Below are positions 9,988-19,658 of a stretch of 64,000 nt of DNA, piece after piece. The notes beneath the pieces were generated by a model, which worked only from the letters and a program-made list of their open reading frames with translations, was not told the origin of the DNA and ran no database searches. The position numbers and the translations under genes are program-made. Position 1 is the first letter of the stretch. Each line of letters begins with the position of its first letter. Source of the DNA: Bacillota bacterium (GTDB lineage Bacteria; Bacillota; Clostridia; Lachnospirales; Lachnospiraceae); contig JAEZJV010000086.1 in NCBI GenBank assembly GCA_023415635.1, positions 24,195 through 88,194 on the forward strand, in the 5' to 3' direction.

Positions 9988-10608
9988 CTAATTCCTTTCC
10001 GCATATTGAAGATAACGCATGATACAATCCACCGTATTGTCAATTCCAATAAAGTCACTTCGCAGGGAAAGATGATAGTGATCTGCTTTTCCCCATTTTT
10101 CATTGGCATGATAGTTATAGTAATTCGCTCTTCTCTTATCCATCCTGAGAATCTCTTCTTCCACCTTATTATCCTTTAGATGGTAAAGCTCCACCGCCCT
10201 TTTTTTTCGTGCAGCAAGCCCTGCCCAGATAAAGACGTTAACTATGTGAGGTAAATCCTTAAGAACATAATCTGCGCACCGCCCGATAATAACGCAGGGA
10301 CCTTCCTCAGCCACCTTTCTTATGACATTAGACTGTGCCAGATATAGTTGATCATCCAGTGACAGATGTGTAAAGCCAAGGTCCTGCGTACCGTAGGCAT
10401 TCATACCCATTGCCAGAGAATATAACAGGCTGTTGGTTGCTTTCCTTTCTGCATTTTCAAAGGCAGCTTCCGCAAAGCCGGTTTCCTTAGCCGCCCTTGA
10501 TATTATTTCATTATCATAAAATGGAACTCCCAGCTTCCCCGCAAGCTTCTCTCCGATTTCCCTGCCACCGCTGCCATATTGTCTGCTAATCGTAATAATT
10601 TTGTTCAT
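9988..10608 (-). CDS. Cytidylate-kinase-like P-loop protein
   Basis: IITISRQYGSGG, CVIIGRCADYVL, DKRRANYYNY. Confidence 0.88.
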   Translation of the reverse strand: MNKIITISRQYGSGGREIGEKLAGKLGVPFYDNEIISRAAKETGFAEAAFENAERKATNSLLYSLAMGMNAYGTQDLGFTHLSLDDQLYLAQSNVIRKVAEEGPCVIIGRCADYVLKDLPHIVNVFIWAGLAARKKRAVELYHLKDNKVEEEILRMDKRRANYYNYHANEKWGKADHYHLSLRSDFIGIDNTVDCIMRYLQYAERN

Positions 10609-10798
10609 CAAAATCCCTCCCATTCTATAGAATATCGCTCAGATCATAAGTATAGTAAACATTAAGCACTATAATCCGCTCTTCTATCTGCCAATTTCCT
10701 CAGCCTTTTATGTTGACCTCTATCTTAGAACAAACCGGGAGCCTTATTCACCCTTCCAGTTCAGTATACCATAATCTGTCTTATGATTGAAGCAGATA

Positions 10799-13348
10799 TT
10801 ATATAGCCAGCAGTATTTTCAATTTCAAGCTTTTCACAGCGGCCAGGCTGTTATTTACTTTATGGTAAAGATTACGACGGTAACACATAATTTCCGCCAG
10901 CTCCTCCTCAGTAATTGCCTTTCTACCAAACCTTGCTCTCCTTACCAGTTCCATCAGACGATCCAGTTCTTCGGCTTCAAGGTAGTTGCAATACTCCTTC
11001 ACATAGGCCTCCTGCTCCTCCAGCAGCGTCTTCTTCCCCGGAAGCACCTGCTGCATGCGTAGCATCTTCTCAATATCCTGATAGAAGGTAAACGCTCTCC
11101 TATTTCTACTGCCCTTATATCTGTTCCGGTAGCCCCTACTCAATAGGTATATTATTGATATCAAAGCACCCGTCACAAGAATTATTAAAACAATCGTAAT
11201 CCAGATCAAATCGGCTGCAGCAGAACCTCCTGCTCTACTATCCCCTGTAGCAGGAGTATACTCCTGTCCCAATCTATCATCCTCAATTGGCTGATATTGT
11301 TCCGGTATATCATGTGTCTGCTGGGCTTTATCCATATCCTTAAGCAATACCGCCTCGGAGATTTCCTGCCCCATAAGGTCAATATCCTCTATTACCGTCT
11401 GATTATAGCTTACGAAAGAACCTGGTGTAAATTCAACCGGATACCATCCACAGTAATCAAAATAAACCTCAACCCAAGCATGTGCATGGTAGTCCTTGAC
11501 AGAAACCTCAGACAGTGCTTCCTTATTAACTTTGCTTCCTTCAACTGTAAACCGGGTGACATCTGCAACACCGCTGCTCTTGTATATTGCATCCTTACCA
11601 AATGAATGTCCCTCTGCATACCTTGCAGGAATTCCCATCGCCCGAAGCATTAAGACCGCTGTCGTTGCGTAATGTGCACAGTAGCCCTTCCTATTCTCAT
11701 AAAGGAAGTATTCTGCATAATCCTTTCCTTCCGGCAGCTTCCCGGGGGATAGTGAATACCGGGTGTTTTCCTCGAGATATTGTCTGACATATTCTATCTT
11801 TTCTGCCACGCTACCCGTCTTGGTCTGAACACGCTTAGAAGAGAAATCTCTTTTGATGTTCTCCAGTCCATTTTCCGGAAGTTTTGTATATGCTTTATAT
11901 ACAAAATCACGATAAGCAGCCTCATAATTGATATATCCATCTGTACTGAGCCTTGACAACCTCTCCGCAAGAGTTGTATCCTTCACTCTTGCGATATCAT
12001 AATAGTATTCATACTCATATTTGCCTTTTTCATTTTCCGGAGCGGCATAAAGATCCCAGTCGTAGTAAATATTCTCCAACAGGTCATAATTTGCGAAATA
12101 AGGAGCGTACAGGAATTTTTTGTTCGCCTTATTATACTTGATTTCCATACGGCCTTCCTTCATTCTGTAATTCATACCGCCGGTTATTCCCTCTGTCTCC
12201 GTAGCTTTGTAAAACATCCCCTTCAGGAACAGCTTCACCTGATTGACCGGCTGGAACATCTCCTCCGGCATCCTGTTCTTTAGCTCCTCATATTCCTTCA
12301 GAGTTACCTCTGAGTGTCCAATCCAACGCTCTCCGGTATAGATACTTCCTACATATCCCTTGAGGTAAATACCTTCTTCTATAGAGCTTGTGGGTGCGAT
12401 CACCCGAAGATGTTCCTCATTCCTATACTTGATTTGTTCCCCGCTTTCTAGTCTTCCCCCATCGAGACCTGTAGTAGTAACTCGGCTGGTAAATAAGCTG
12501 AAATTTGCTATCCGATCAAAAAAATCTTCTATAGTAAAATCTCTGATAGCGGTCTGCATTTCTTCATTTGCATCCTTTAGCTTTGTCAAATTATTATATT
12601 CCTCTTGGGTCACAAAGAGCTTTATTATATTGAAAAGGATCCACCCCAACAGACAGAGCCAGATAGCCGCCTTACTGCTGATTTTATGGAAAAGTAATTT
12701 CTGATTTTTATCTGTTTTGCAAAAGCTGTGTGACTGACTGATGAGATAGGTCGTACATAGGACATAAGTTACCAGATTACGCTCCGATGGCACAATGCCC
12801 AAGGCGAAACTGGCTGCAACAGGTATGAGCAATAGACTTCCACTAAATAATGTAAATCTATTTCGCATGACAGACAGGGCCAGGATTGCCGCAATAGGTA
12901 TCAGTAGCATAATCATCAGCAGGGTGATATCCGCCTCACAGGTCATATAATCTGCTACAATTCGAAAGCTCTCCACCTCATAATATGCATCAATCCGTTC
13001 CAGTATCAGATTCTCCAAAATGTAAAAGCCATTCAGCAGTGCTTTCCCTCTGCTGAATAGAAATAAGCCATAAAACAGCACACCAAAGAACAGCTTAACC
13101 AGCTCAAAGTTCGGAATTAAGCATAAGCCATATACGATAATCGAGAAAACAAATAATGCCAGATTAATGTCACGAATATCACAGGGAATTGCCAAGGCTT
13201 CCCTGAGCATATAGACAGCACTCCCGGTTCCAAACAGAATAAAAAACATCTGAACAGTGCGAATCAGGAGTGGTGTTGTATGTTTCTTCTCATCAACGAT
13301 ATAGACGGAGTTATCCATATAAACACCGTCTTCAAATCCCTGAAGCAT
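10799..13348 (-). CDS. Membrane-anchored transglutaminase-like domain protein
   Basis: Several N-terminal TMs; GYCAHYAT (catalytic Cys), GIPARYAEG, HAWVEVY (His), GWYPVEFTPG; C-terminal TM. Confidence 0.9.
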   Translation of the reverse strand: MLQGFEDGVYMDNSVYIVDEKKHTTPLLIRTVQMFFILFGTGSAVYMLREALAIPCDIRDINLALFVFSIIVYGLCLIPNFELVKLFFGVLFYGLFLFSRGKALLNGFYILENLILERIDAYYEVESFRIVADYMTCEADITLLMIMLLIPIAAILALSVMRNRFTLFSGSLLLIPVAASFALGIVPSERNLVTYVLCTTYLISQSHSFCKTDKNQKLLFHKISSKAAIWLCLLGWILFNIIKLFVTQEEYNNLTKLKDANEEMQTAIRDFTIEDFFDRIANFSLFTSRVTTTGLDGGRLESGEQIKYRNEEHLRVIAPTSSIEEGIYLKGYVGSIYTGERWIGHSEVTLKEYEELKNRMPEEMFQPVNQVKLFLKGMFYKATETEGITGGMNYRMKEGRMEIKYNKANKKFLYAPYFANYDLLENIYYDWDLYAAPENEKGKYEYEYYYDIARVKDTTLAERLSRLSTDGYINYEAAYRDFVYKAYTKLPENGLENIKRDFSSKRVQTKTGSVAEKIEYVRQYLEENTRYSLSPGKLPEGKDYAEYFLYENRKGYCAHYATTAVLMLRAMGIPARYAEGHSFGKDAIYKSSGVADVTRFTVEGSKVNKEALSEVSVKDYHAHAWVEVYFDYCGWYPVEFTPGSFVSYNQTVIEDIDLMGQEISEAVLLKDMDKAQQTHDIPEQYQPIEDDRLGQEYTPATGDSRAGGSAAADLIWITIVLIILVTGALISIIYLLSRGYRNRYKGSRNRRAFTFYQDIEKMLRMQQVLPGKKTLLEEQEAYVKEYCNYLEAEELDRLMELVRRARFGRKAITEEELAEIMCYRRNLYHKVNNSLAAVKSLKLKILLAI

Positions 13349-13363
13349 TTATATTCCACCCTT

Positions 13364-14581
13364 CTAATCCAGTCTCAACAGTTCCAGGTCCCTCTGAATA
13401 TGATTGGCATCGACTGCGGATAAGACTACTCCCATATCATCGGAGCATTGTATGATTTCATTCGGAAAATATCTTGTTCCCGGTTGATTATCTAGATCTC
13501 CGATATAGATGACATGCCTCTTCAATGCCTTCAGCAGGGTCAACGTCTCCCTACGATTCCTCGGCTGCTCTCCCGTCAGGAGTAATACATTCGTATATTG
13601 CTCCATGGGATACTCTGCCAGATATGCATAAAGGCCGTCCGTGGATGTCACATAGGGATGTGCCTGCAACAGTCCATCCACCACCTCGAAGAAGTCCTTC
13701 TCGTGCATAACCCTGATCCTTCGGCAGCCACCGCGATGTTGATCATACCAGGCAAAATAGTGCAGCTGCCCTGCCTGTGTCAGGGAATACGATATGGATA
13801 AAGCACATTCCAGCATGGAATTCATAAACAGCATCGGATGAATCCCATTTGGAATATATAAATCCGCAAAAAGCAGTACAGAATAATTTAGAGGATTACT
13901 GAATTCTTTAATCATAAGCTGATCGAATTTGCGGCTGAGCTTCCAATGTATTCTTTGCTGACGATCTCCTTCTCTGTATTCCCTGATAGCAAAGACCTCG
14001 GAAGGGTCATCTCCGCTCTTCACAGCGGAGTAATAATCACTTTCAGAAAGCTTTATGCAAAGGCTCTGCAATTGAATTTCGGAAAGCTCGTAATATTCAG
14101 GTAAAACAGCTATCTTAAGTTCACCTCTTTGCCTTTTCTTAAGTGAGAATAGCTTAAGATAATCATAGACTTGGACGCTGTTCAGAGAAATCTCCAGATT
14201 CCCCGCATATTCAGATAGCAGATTACAGATGACGGAGGCCTTTGTATTTGCATCTATGGATACCATAAAGCTTTTTTTATTCGTAGTCGGAGCATATGCA
14301 TTTTTATAGCTTATCCATAGCTTAAGGCTCGAGATAGGAAACTTCGTCGGATTATCCACAAGCACGGAGATCGGAATGACTTCTCCTCTTTTTGCCACAT
14401 GAACAATAGAAAGGATACAGACAGATACCCTACTATAAAGATAGACTAGCAGGGCAAATAAAACAAACGGTACTATCCCCAATACAAGCAAAAATATACT
14501 CAAGTAATAAGTGTCGTATAGAATGGAGAGAATACCCACCAACGCAAACAGAATAAGATACCTGATTATATTGCGAAGCAT
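13364..14581 (-). CDS. DUF58 domain protein
   Basis: IREYREGD...IHWKLS...LMIKEF signature; N-terminal TMs; lies downstream of MoxR. Confidence 0.9.
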   Translation of the reverse strand: MLRNIIRYLILFALVGILSILYDTYYLSIFLLVLGIVPFVLFALLVYLYSRVSVCILSIVHVAKRGEVIPISVLVDNPTKFPISSLKLWISYKNAYAPTTNKKSFMVSIDANTKASVICNLLSEYAGNLEISLNSVQVYDYLKLFSLKKRQRGELKIAVLPEYYELSEIQLQSLCIKLSESDYYSAVKSGDDPSEVFAIREYREGDRQQRIHWKLSRKFDQLMIKEFSNPLNYSVLLFADLYIPNGIHPMLFMNSMLECALSISYSLTQAGQLHYFAWYDQHRGGCRRIRVMHEKDFFEVVDGLLQAHPYVTSTDGLYAYLAEYPMEQYTNVLLLTGEQPRNRRETLTLLKALKRHVIYIGDLDNQPGTRYFPNEIIQCSDDMGVVLSAVDANHIQRDLELLRLD

Positions 14582-14608
14582 CAGTCACCCCCAGCCTTTC
14601 TGTCCTTG

Positions 14609-15562
14609 TTAAGATTCCCGGGTAATTATTTTAGGAGCCTTTACCATACGTAATATATCTTCCAACAGGTTGTCCACTGTAACATTATTCACACGTGCCT
14701 TCGATTTTAGAATTATCCTGTGGGCCGCAACATCCCGGAACACCGCCTGAACATCAGAGGGAATGACATAATCCCTTCCTTTCAGGAACGCAGCTGCTTT
14801 CACCATATTCATCACTGCAAGAGAGCCTCTCGGACTCACACCGAGTTCTATCAGAGGGTTTTCCCTGGTCTGACTAACCAGCAGGGTGATATATTCATAA
14901 ATTGAGTCATGAATATATACCTCCTCCACAATATTCTGCATGAAAAGGATGTCCTCCTTTTCCACAATTTTTACGACCTGATCCAGAGGGTTTGAGCTCT
15001 GTCTTTCCTTCATAATTCCAATCTCGCTGCTTCTGTCGGGATAACCGATGGAAAGCCGGATCATGAATCGGTCCAGCTGTGATTCCGGAAGCATCTGTGT
15101 ACCGATAGAACCAATGGGATTCTGCGTTGCCATAACCACAAATGGCTTTGGAACCTCTCTTGTAACACTATCCACTGTGACCTTACCTTCCTCCATTACC
15201 TCCAAAAGAGCTGATTGAGTCTTGGAGGAGGTACGATTAATTTCATCTGCAAGAAAAAGATTGCACAGGACTGCGCCGGGCTTATACTGATACCCATCCC
15301 CTTCCTTGTTCAGAAGATGAAAGCCTACCACATCCGTCGGCATAACATCCGGTGTAAACTGCAGGCGGTGATGCTCCAAGGCCATAGCCTTGGAAAATGC
15401 CAAAGCCAAGGTTGTCTTTCCTACTCCCGGAAAATCTTCTAACAGTATATGCCCCTTTGCCAAGATAGCAGTAAGCACCTTCTCTATAATGAGTCTCTTA
15501 CCGATGACCACTTTATTTACTTCATCCATAATCAGCTGGGACTTATTGTTGTATGTCTCCAA
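14609..15562 (-). CDS. MoxR-family AAA+ ATPase
   Basis: LLEDFPGVGKTT, RLQFTPDVMPTD, LADEINR, ATQNP, LPESQLDRF, GVSPRG; TTG start with GGAGG RBS. Confidence 0.95.
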   Translation of the reverse strand: METYNNKSQLIMDEVNKVVIGKRLIIEKVLTAILAKGHILLEDFPGVGKTTLALAFSKAMALEHHRLQFTPDVMPTDVVGFHLLNKEGDGYQYKPGAVLCNLFLADEINRTSSKTQSALLEVMEEGKVTVDSVTREVPKPFVVMATQNPIGSIGTQMLPESQLDRFMIRLSIGYPDRSSEIGIMKERQSSNPLDQVVKIVEKEDILFMQNIVEEVYIHDSIYEYITLLVSQTRENPLIELGVSPRGSLAVMNMVKAAAFLKGRDYVIPSDVQAVFRDVAAHRIILKSKARVNNVTVDNLLEDILRMVKAPKIITRES

Positions 15563-15695
15563 GTTAACTTCCTCCTTCTCCTTTTCAACCCAAGCATACA
15601 GCCTAGCATGTTTTTCATTATAACATATATTTACAATAATTCAAAGAATTTTTGATTACTCTGTCCTTCTATAAAAAACTGTAACCTTTTTTATA

Positions 15696-15723
15696 TTGAC
15701 TTATAGCACAAAACGTATAAAAT
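15696..15723 (+). promoter_or_regulatory. Probable sigma-A promoter of the prsA-like gene
   Basis: TTGACT-N16-TAAAAT. Confidence 0.5.
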
Positions 15724-15756
15724 TAACTTCATGAGAATACTATGGAGGTAGCAAAA

Positions 15757-16863
15757 GTGAACAAGTCAAAGAAAATTAAAAAAGTAACTTCCGAGGTACA
15801 GTTACATGATAAAACCAAGGACAGAATTGTCAGCTCCAAGCTTTTAACTATTTTATCCATCCTATGCGTTTTGATTTTGATCGGTGCTCTACTGTTTGAC
15901 CAGCTGTATGAAGCACCGTTACTTACCGTTGATGGGGAAAAATATTCCTTAAAGGATCTGGCTTTTTATTTCTACACAGTGGAATATCAGTATAATACTT
16001 ATGATCAAATGTTCGGCGGCTCCGGTGCATATTGGGATATGACCTCCGATGAAAAAACCGGTGCTACGATGAGAGATGCCGCTAAGGATACAGCAATCAA
16101 AACATCCCTATACAATGAGGTTCTCTATAATCAGGCAACCTCCGAGGGCTACACATTAACAGCGGACGAAATAAAACAGGCGGAAGATAGTGCAGTAAAG
16201 CTAATGGACGAGTCATTAAGCAAGGAAGAAATCGCCAAAAATAAATTTACCAAAGAATACTTGACAAATATGATGAGCAAAGCAACCCTGGTAGATCGAT
16301 ACCATGATGACAAAATCGCCGCTTTAAATCTTGACAAGGAAGCCATTAAGGCAGGTGTGAAATTCGAGGATTTCAAGCAATATGACATTGAATATCTTTT
16401 CGCATCCACAAAGAAGACCGATGATAGCGGTAACTATGTTGACATGACCGATCAGGAGAAGGCTGATACACTGGCAAAGCTGAATACTTATGTTGATAAG
16501 GCTAAAACCTCTGAGGACTGGTCAAAGCTGATTCCTGAAGACGAGAAAGTCATCGCCTATAGGAAATCAAGCTTTATTGAGACTGATACTACCTTTGATG
16601 ATGAATTTGAAGCAAAAATAATGGCAATGAGCAACAATCAAATCGGAGAGGTCTACGAAGCCGAGGATGGTTATTATTTGGTTCGTATGATTAACAACAA
16701 TTCCTCCGAACGGTATGATAAAGAGGTAGAAAATGCAATTCAGGCAAAAGAGAATGAAGAGTTCCAGAAGATATATGATGATATTCTCACGAAGCATAAT
16801 TACGAGATCAATTACGATGCTTTGAATACCTTAAGAATGGGTACGCTGACGCTGGCCAGATAA
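15757..16863 (+). CDS. PrsA/SurA-like membrane-anchored foldase (parvulin-type domain)
   Basis: N-terminal TM, SurA-N-like helical region, C-terminal FEAKIMAM..GEVYEAEDGYYLVR parvulin-like segment; GTG start after GGAGG. Confidence 0.8.
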   Translation: MNKSKKIKKVTSEVQLHDKTKDRIVSSKLLTILSILCVLILIGALLFDQLYEAPLLTVDGEKYSLKDLAFYFYTVEYQYNTYDQMFGGSGAYWDMTSDEKTGATMRDAAKDTAIKTSLYNEVLYNQATSEGYTLTADEIKQAEDSAVKLMDESLSKEEIAKNKFTKEYLTNMMSKATLVDRYHDDKIAALNLDKEAIKAGVKFEDFKQYDIEYLFASTKKTDDSGNYVDMTDQEKADTLAKLNTYVDKAKTSEDWSKLIPEDEKVIAYRKSSFIETDTTFDDEFEAKIMAMSNNQIGEVYEAEDGYYLVRMINNNSSERYDKEVENAIQAKENEEFQKIYDDILTKHNYEINYDALNTLRMGTLTLAR

Positions 16864-16876
16864 ATTGTTCAAAGCT

Positions 16877-16928
16877 GAATAAAGTCCTCCTTTCTAGAAA
16901 TAATATAGGTGAAAGTTTTAGAAAGGAG
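16877..16928 (+). promoter_or_regulatory. Sigma-G/F-like promoter with an inverted repeat complementary to the RBS
   Basis: GAATA-N17-AATAATA; CTCCTTTCTA (16887-16896) is the exact reverse complement of TAGAAAGGAG (16919-16928). Confidence 0.55.
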
Positions 16929-16934
16929 ATTCCT

Positions 16935-17126
16935 ATGGCTCAAAACAGCAAATCCAAACCCAGCGACACAAATCTAAGCAAAGACTGCACAAGCAGCTCC
17001 AGCAAAAATTCCGGCGGGAACCGTGCCAGTAATTCAAGCCAAAATACATCAGGCAGTTCCGCAAAGGATTCGGTTGCGCAGTTTCCGGACAACCGTCCGG
17101 CTCGCAGCGGCCCCGGAGGAGAATAG
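16935..17126 (+). CDS. Small hydrophilic Ser/Asn-rich protein (63 aa), possibly spore-associated
   Basis: Strong AGAAAGGAG RBS, own promoter-like sequence and a downstream terminator. Confidence 0.75.
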   Translation: MAQNSKSKPSDTNLSKDCTSSSSKNSGGNRASNSSQNTSGSSAKDSVAQFPDNRPARSGPGGE

Positions 17127-17181
17127 AATCACTCTAAGGTACAAGAGATTATAGATATTATTTTACTAATATCAAATAAAT

Positions 17182-17222
17182 AGAGACTTTTGCATATTGA
17201 CCTATCTATGCAAAAAGTCTCT
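17182..17222. terminator. Probable bidirectional terminator between convergent genes
   Basis: AGAGACTTTTGCATA...TATGCAAAAAGTCTCT, with A/T tracts on both sides. Confidence 0.75.
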
Positions 17223-17309
17223 TTTATTATCGGCTATGTTAATGTATCTGCTTGCTTCAGCAGCTTGGCAGCATGTATCCATTGGCACAAAAACGTAAAG
17301 CAATGAATT

Positions 17310-19397
17310 TTATCGAACCGGGCAAACTCCGGCTTCACAATCCTTATCCAACAGTTCTTTTTCTTCAGAATCCTCCATCAAAGCAAGCAGTTCATAATCG
17401 ATAGGTTTCACAAGCTTTAGCCTTCGTTCATAATCCTCTCTGGTAGTACACTCATAGGGAAGCAGAGGATAGGTCTCCTCTAGCAGTGGCAGAAAGGTAA
17501 TCCCGACTGCATACTCAAAATTATCATACAACCAGCAAGCAATCTCCTCCCATTCCTGCTCCCGGACATGAACTGTGATGGAGGTGTTATGATCAGACCA
17601 ATGCAGCATGGATAATTTATATAATTCCAGCTGTTCAATTGCGCCTACTTCATATTTTGTTCTGCCCTGAGGGGCTTTAATCGGGAATTCAATCACCTTA
17701 ATCGAACAGTCCTCATCCGACTGACCGTTCTCATTATAATAGGGATAACTGCCCTGTACCGCAATCAAGCGGAACAACGGATCAGAGGCTGAGATACGAA
17801 TCCGCCTGATATAATAATCAGCATGGGCATAGTGAATGCCTGAGCTGACGCAGGGCAACATGGACAAGCTGCCTTCCGGCTTTATAGTTGTCATCAGCTT
17901 TGGCGGTGCTATTCCTAGCTCCTCGCTGTAGCGTCTGCCTTCCCTGTGAACCGTCTCCCTAAGCTCTGACAGAAGAGCTGCAAGCTCCTCATAGCTCATT
18001 CCGGTTTTATTCAACATATCCATCATACCGGTTAAAGAAATTCCTATAATTCGATCCTCCTGCATTACCTTGTTCCATTCGGGAAGCTCCACCTCAACAA
18101 GCGTCATTCGAATCGCTACCCTGGTTGAAAGCCGTAATACCTCTTTTAAAGCTTCTTTGTTCAATACAGTCCCTTCCACAAAGGCCATCAGGTTATTGGT
18201 GGATAAGTTACAGCATTGCTTAGATTGCAGCAGAATCTCACCACAGGGATTGCAGCCGCGGAAGGTCGGTTTTCTGCGAAGCCCTTCTCTGCCGTTGATA
18301 AAACCAGGTTCTCCGTTAATTTTAATGGAGTTAATAATCTGTCTGATTTGTTCCAGAGAGGGCTTATGCATATAAAGAATCGAATTATTGCTCATCTTCC
18401 TATGAGAAATTTCGGGATCTTCAATCCATTTACCATCCACTACCTGGTATATATTCTGTTTTGCACGGATCACATCTTCATCATCCTCATCGCAGATTAC
18501 CATCATCGCACTACGCCTTACACCTCCAGAGACAACATTCTCGGAGATAATAGTAGCTATATCAAGAATATCAATCGTTTTTAACCTGTTGTCATCTCTT
18601 TTTAAAAAGACACGGTTAATTTTTTCAAACATCCGCTTGATGGATTTATGTCCGGATGCACGCCCTCCAAACCTTTTAAGACGCTCTCCCTCCGGACGCA
18701 CATAGCTGTAATCAATGGTCAGGACTTTAATATCCTTATACTGTTCCTCCATCACTATCTTAAAATAAGTCTCTAGGGCTTCACACCAGCCTTCCTTACT
18801 GTCACCAACCCTTAACACCGCCTCCGTTGTATCCTTCAGCTCCAGGATTAATTTTGAATGCTCCATCTCCTCCTTGGAGGTGGTGCTGCGTATCACACTG
18901 TCATAGGCACTTTCCAGCTGTATGTGCCTGACCTTAGGTAATAGAGCTATGTTCTCTTTGTCAATTCGGATTCCCACACCGCTGCCCACCATAAGCAGAT
19001 AAAACACATCCACCAAATCCCTCATTTTCGCTATATCAGTAAAAGCGCAATTATAATTAGAGAGAGGATACTGCTTCACAATTTCCGTCCCACCCATATA
19101 CAAGGTTCTGCCGGAAGGAAAAGTCCTTAGATGAAATAGCTCATCAAAGAGTCTCTCTGCTTCTTGCTTCTCCTTCTCCGGGTTCATGGGGATGCCATGC
19201 TTTTCTTTATAATTGATACCAAGCTCCACATTATACCGTACCGTCCTAAGTACTGTCTCAAACCAGGTTTCTCTTCTTCGCTTCTCTTCGATGTACCTGG
19301 AATATGTCCTCAGATAGACGAATTCTCCGATATGACTTAAGGGTGTTTCTATATTGATGTATTTATCTAAAAATACCTTTGATAATAAATCTTTCAT
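17310..19397 (-). CDS. nrdJ: Class II (adenosylcobalamin-dependent) ribonucleotide reductase, monomeric RTPR type
   Basis: YNCAF, GSGVG, DSKEGW, GGVRRSA, NPCGEI (radical Cys), TIKPEG, C-terminal CEAGVCPVR redox pair; GAGGAGG RBS before MKDLL; NrdR boxes upstream. Confidence 0.93.
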   Translation of the reverse strand: MKDLLSKVFLDKYINIETPLSHIGEFVYLRTYSRYIEEKRRRETWFETVLRTVRYNVELGINYKEKHGIPMNPEKEKQEAERLFDELFHLRTFPSGRTLYMGGTEIVKQYPLSNYNCAFTDIAKMRDLVDVFYLLMVGSGVGIRIDKENIALLPKVRHIQLESAYDSVIRSTTSKEEMEHSKLILELKDTTEAVLRVGDSKEGWCEALETYFKIVMEEQYKDIKVLTIDYSYVRPEGERLKRFGGRASGHKSIKRMFEKINRVFLKRDDNRLKTIDILDIATIISENVVSGGVRRSAMMVICDEDDEDVIRAKQNIYQVVDGKWIEDPEISHRKMSNNSILYMHKPSLEQIRQIINSIKINGEPGFINGREGLRRKPTFRGCNPCGEILLQSKQCCNLSTNNLMAFVEGTVLNKEALKEVLRLSTRVAIRMTLVEVELPEWNKVMQEDRIIGISLTGMMDMLNKTGMSYEELAALLSELRETVHREGRRYSEELGIAPPKLMTTIKPEGSLSMLPCVSSGIHYAHADYYIRRIRISASDPLFRLIAVQGSYPYYNENGQSDEDCSIKVIEFPIKAPQGRTKYEVGAIEQLELYKLSMLHWSDHNTSITVHVREQEWEEIACWLYDNFEYAVGITFLPLLEETYPLLPYECTTREDYERRLKLVKPIDYELLALMEDSEEKELLDKDCEAGVCPVR

Positions 19398-19511
19398 AAG
19401 TACCTCCTCTTCTTTCTCAGTATATCCAGGAAGTTTGCACTTCATCATGGATTATTGCCCTATAAAAATTTATGTTGTTAAGGAAATCATAGTTTCCATG
19501 AAATGTTATAT

Positions 19512-19558
19512 ATACAATATATTGTATTAACATTATACACATACACAATATATATGTC
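19512..19558. promoter_or_regulatory. Tandem NrdR boxes
   Basis: ATACAATATATTGTAT (19512-19527, perfect palindrome) and ACACAATATATATGTC (19543-19558), 31 bp apart; both resemble acaCwAtATaTwGtgt. Confidence 0.88.
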
Positions 19559-19560
19559 AA
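19532..19560 (-). promoter_or_regulatory. Consensus sigma-A promoter of nrdJ
   Basis: Minus strand TTGACA-TATATATTGTGTATGTG(17)-TATAAT. Confidence 0.9.
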
Positions 19561-19658
19561 TAATCTCATAATTGAAAAAATCGGCTACATGTGTTGTCAC
19601 TCTTTAGCGAAAAAGCGCATATATAAATAATGAATCTATTATAAGGGAGTGTATTCCA

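Noticed and set aside
10799..15562. MoxR-DUF58-transglutaminase triad as a novel system
   Set aside because: A widespread, already described gene arrangement; nothing unusual here beyond Glu at the third catalytic position.
19398..19530. Cobalamin riboswitch upstream of nrdJ
   Set aside because: The leader is AT-rich and lacks B12-box motifs; NrdR boxes account for regulation.
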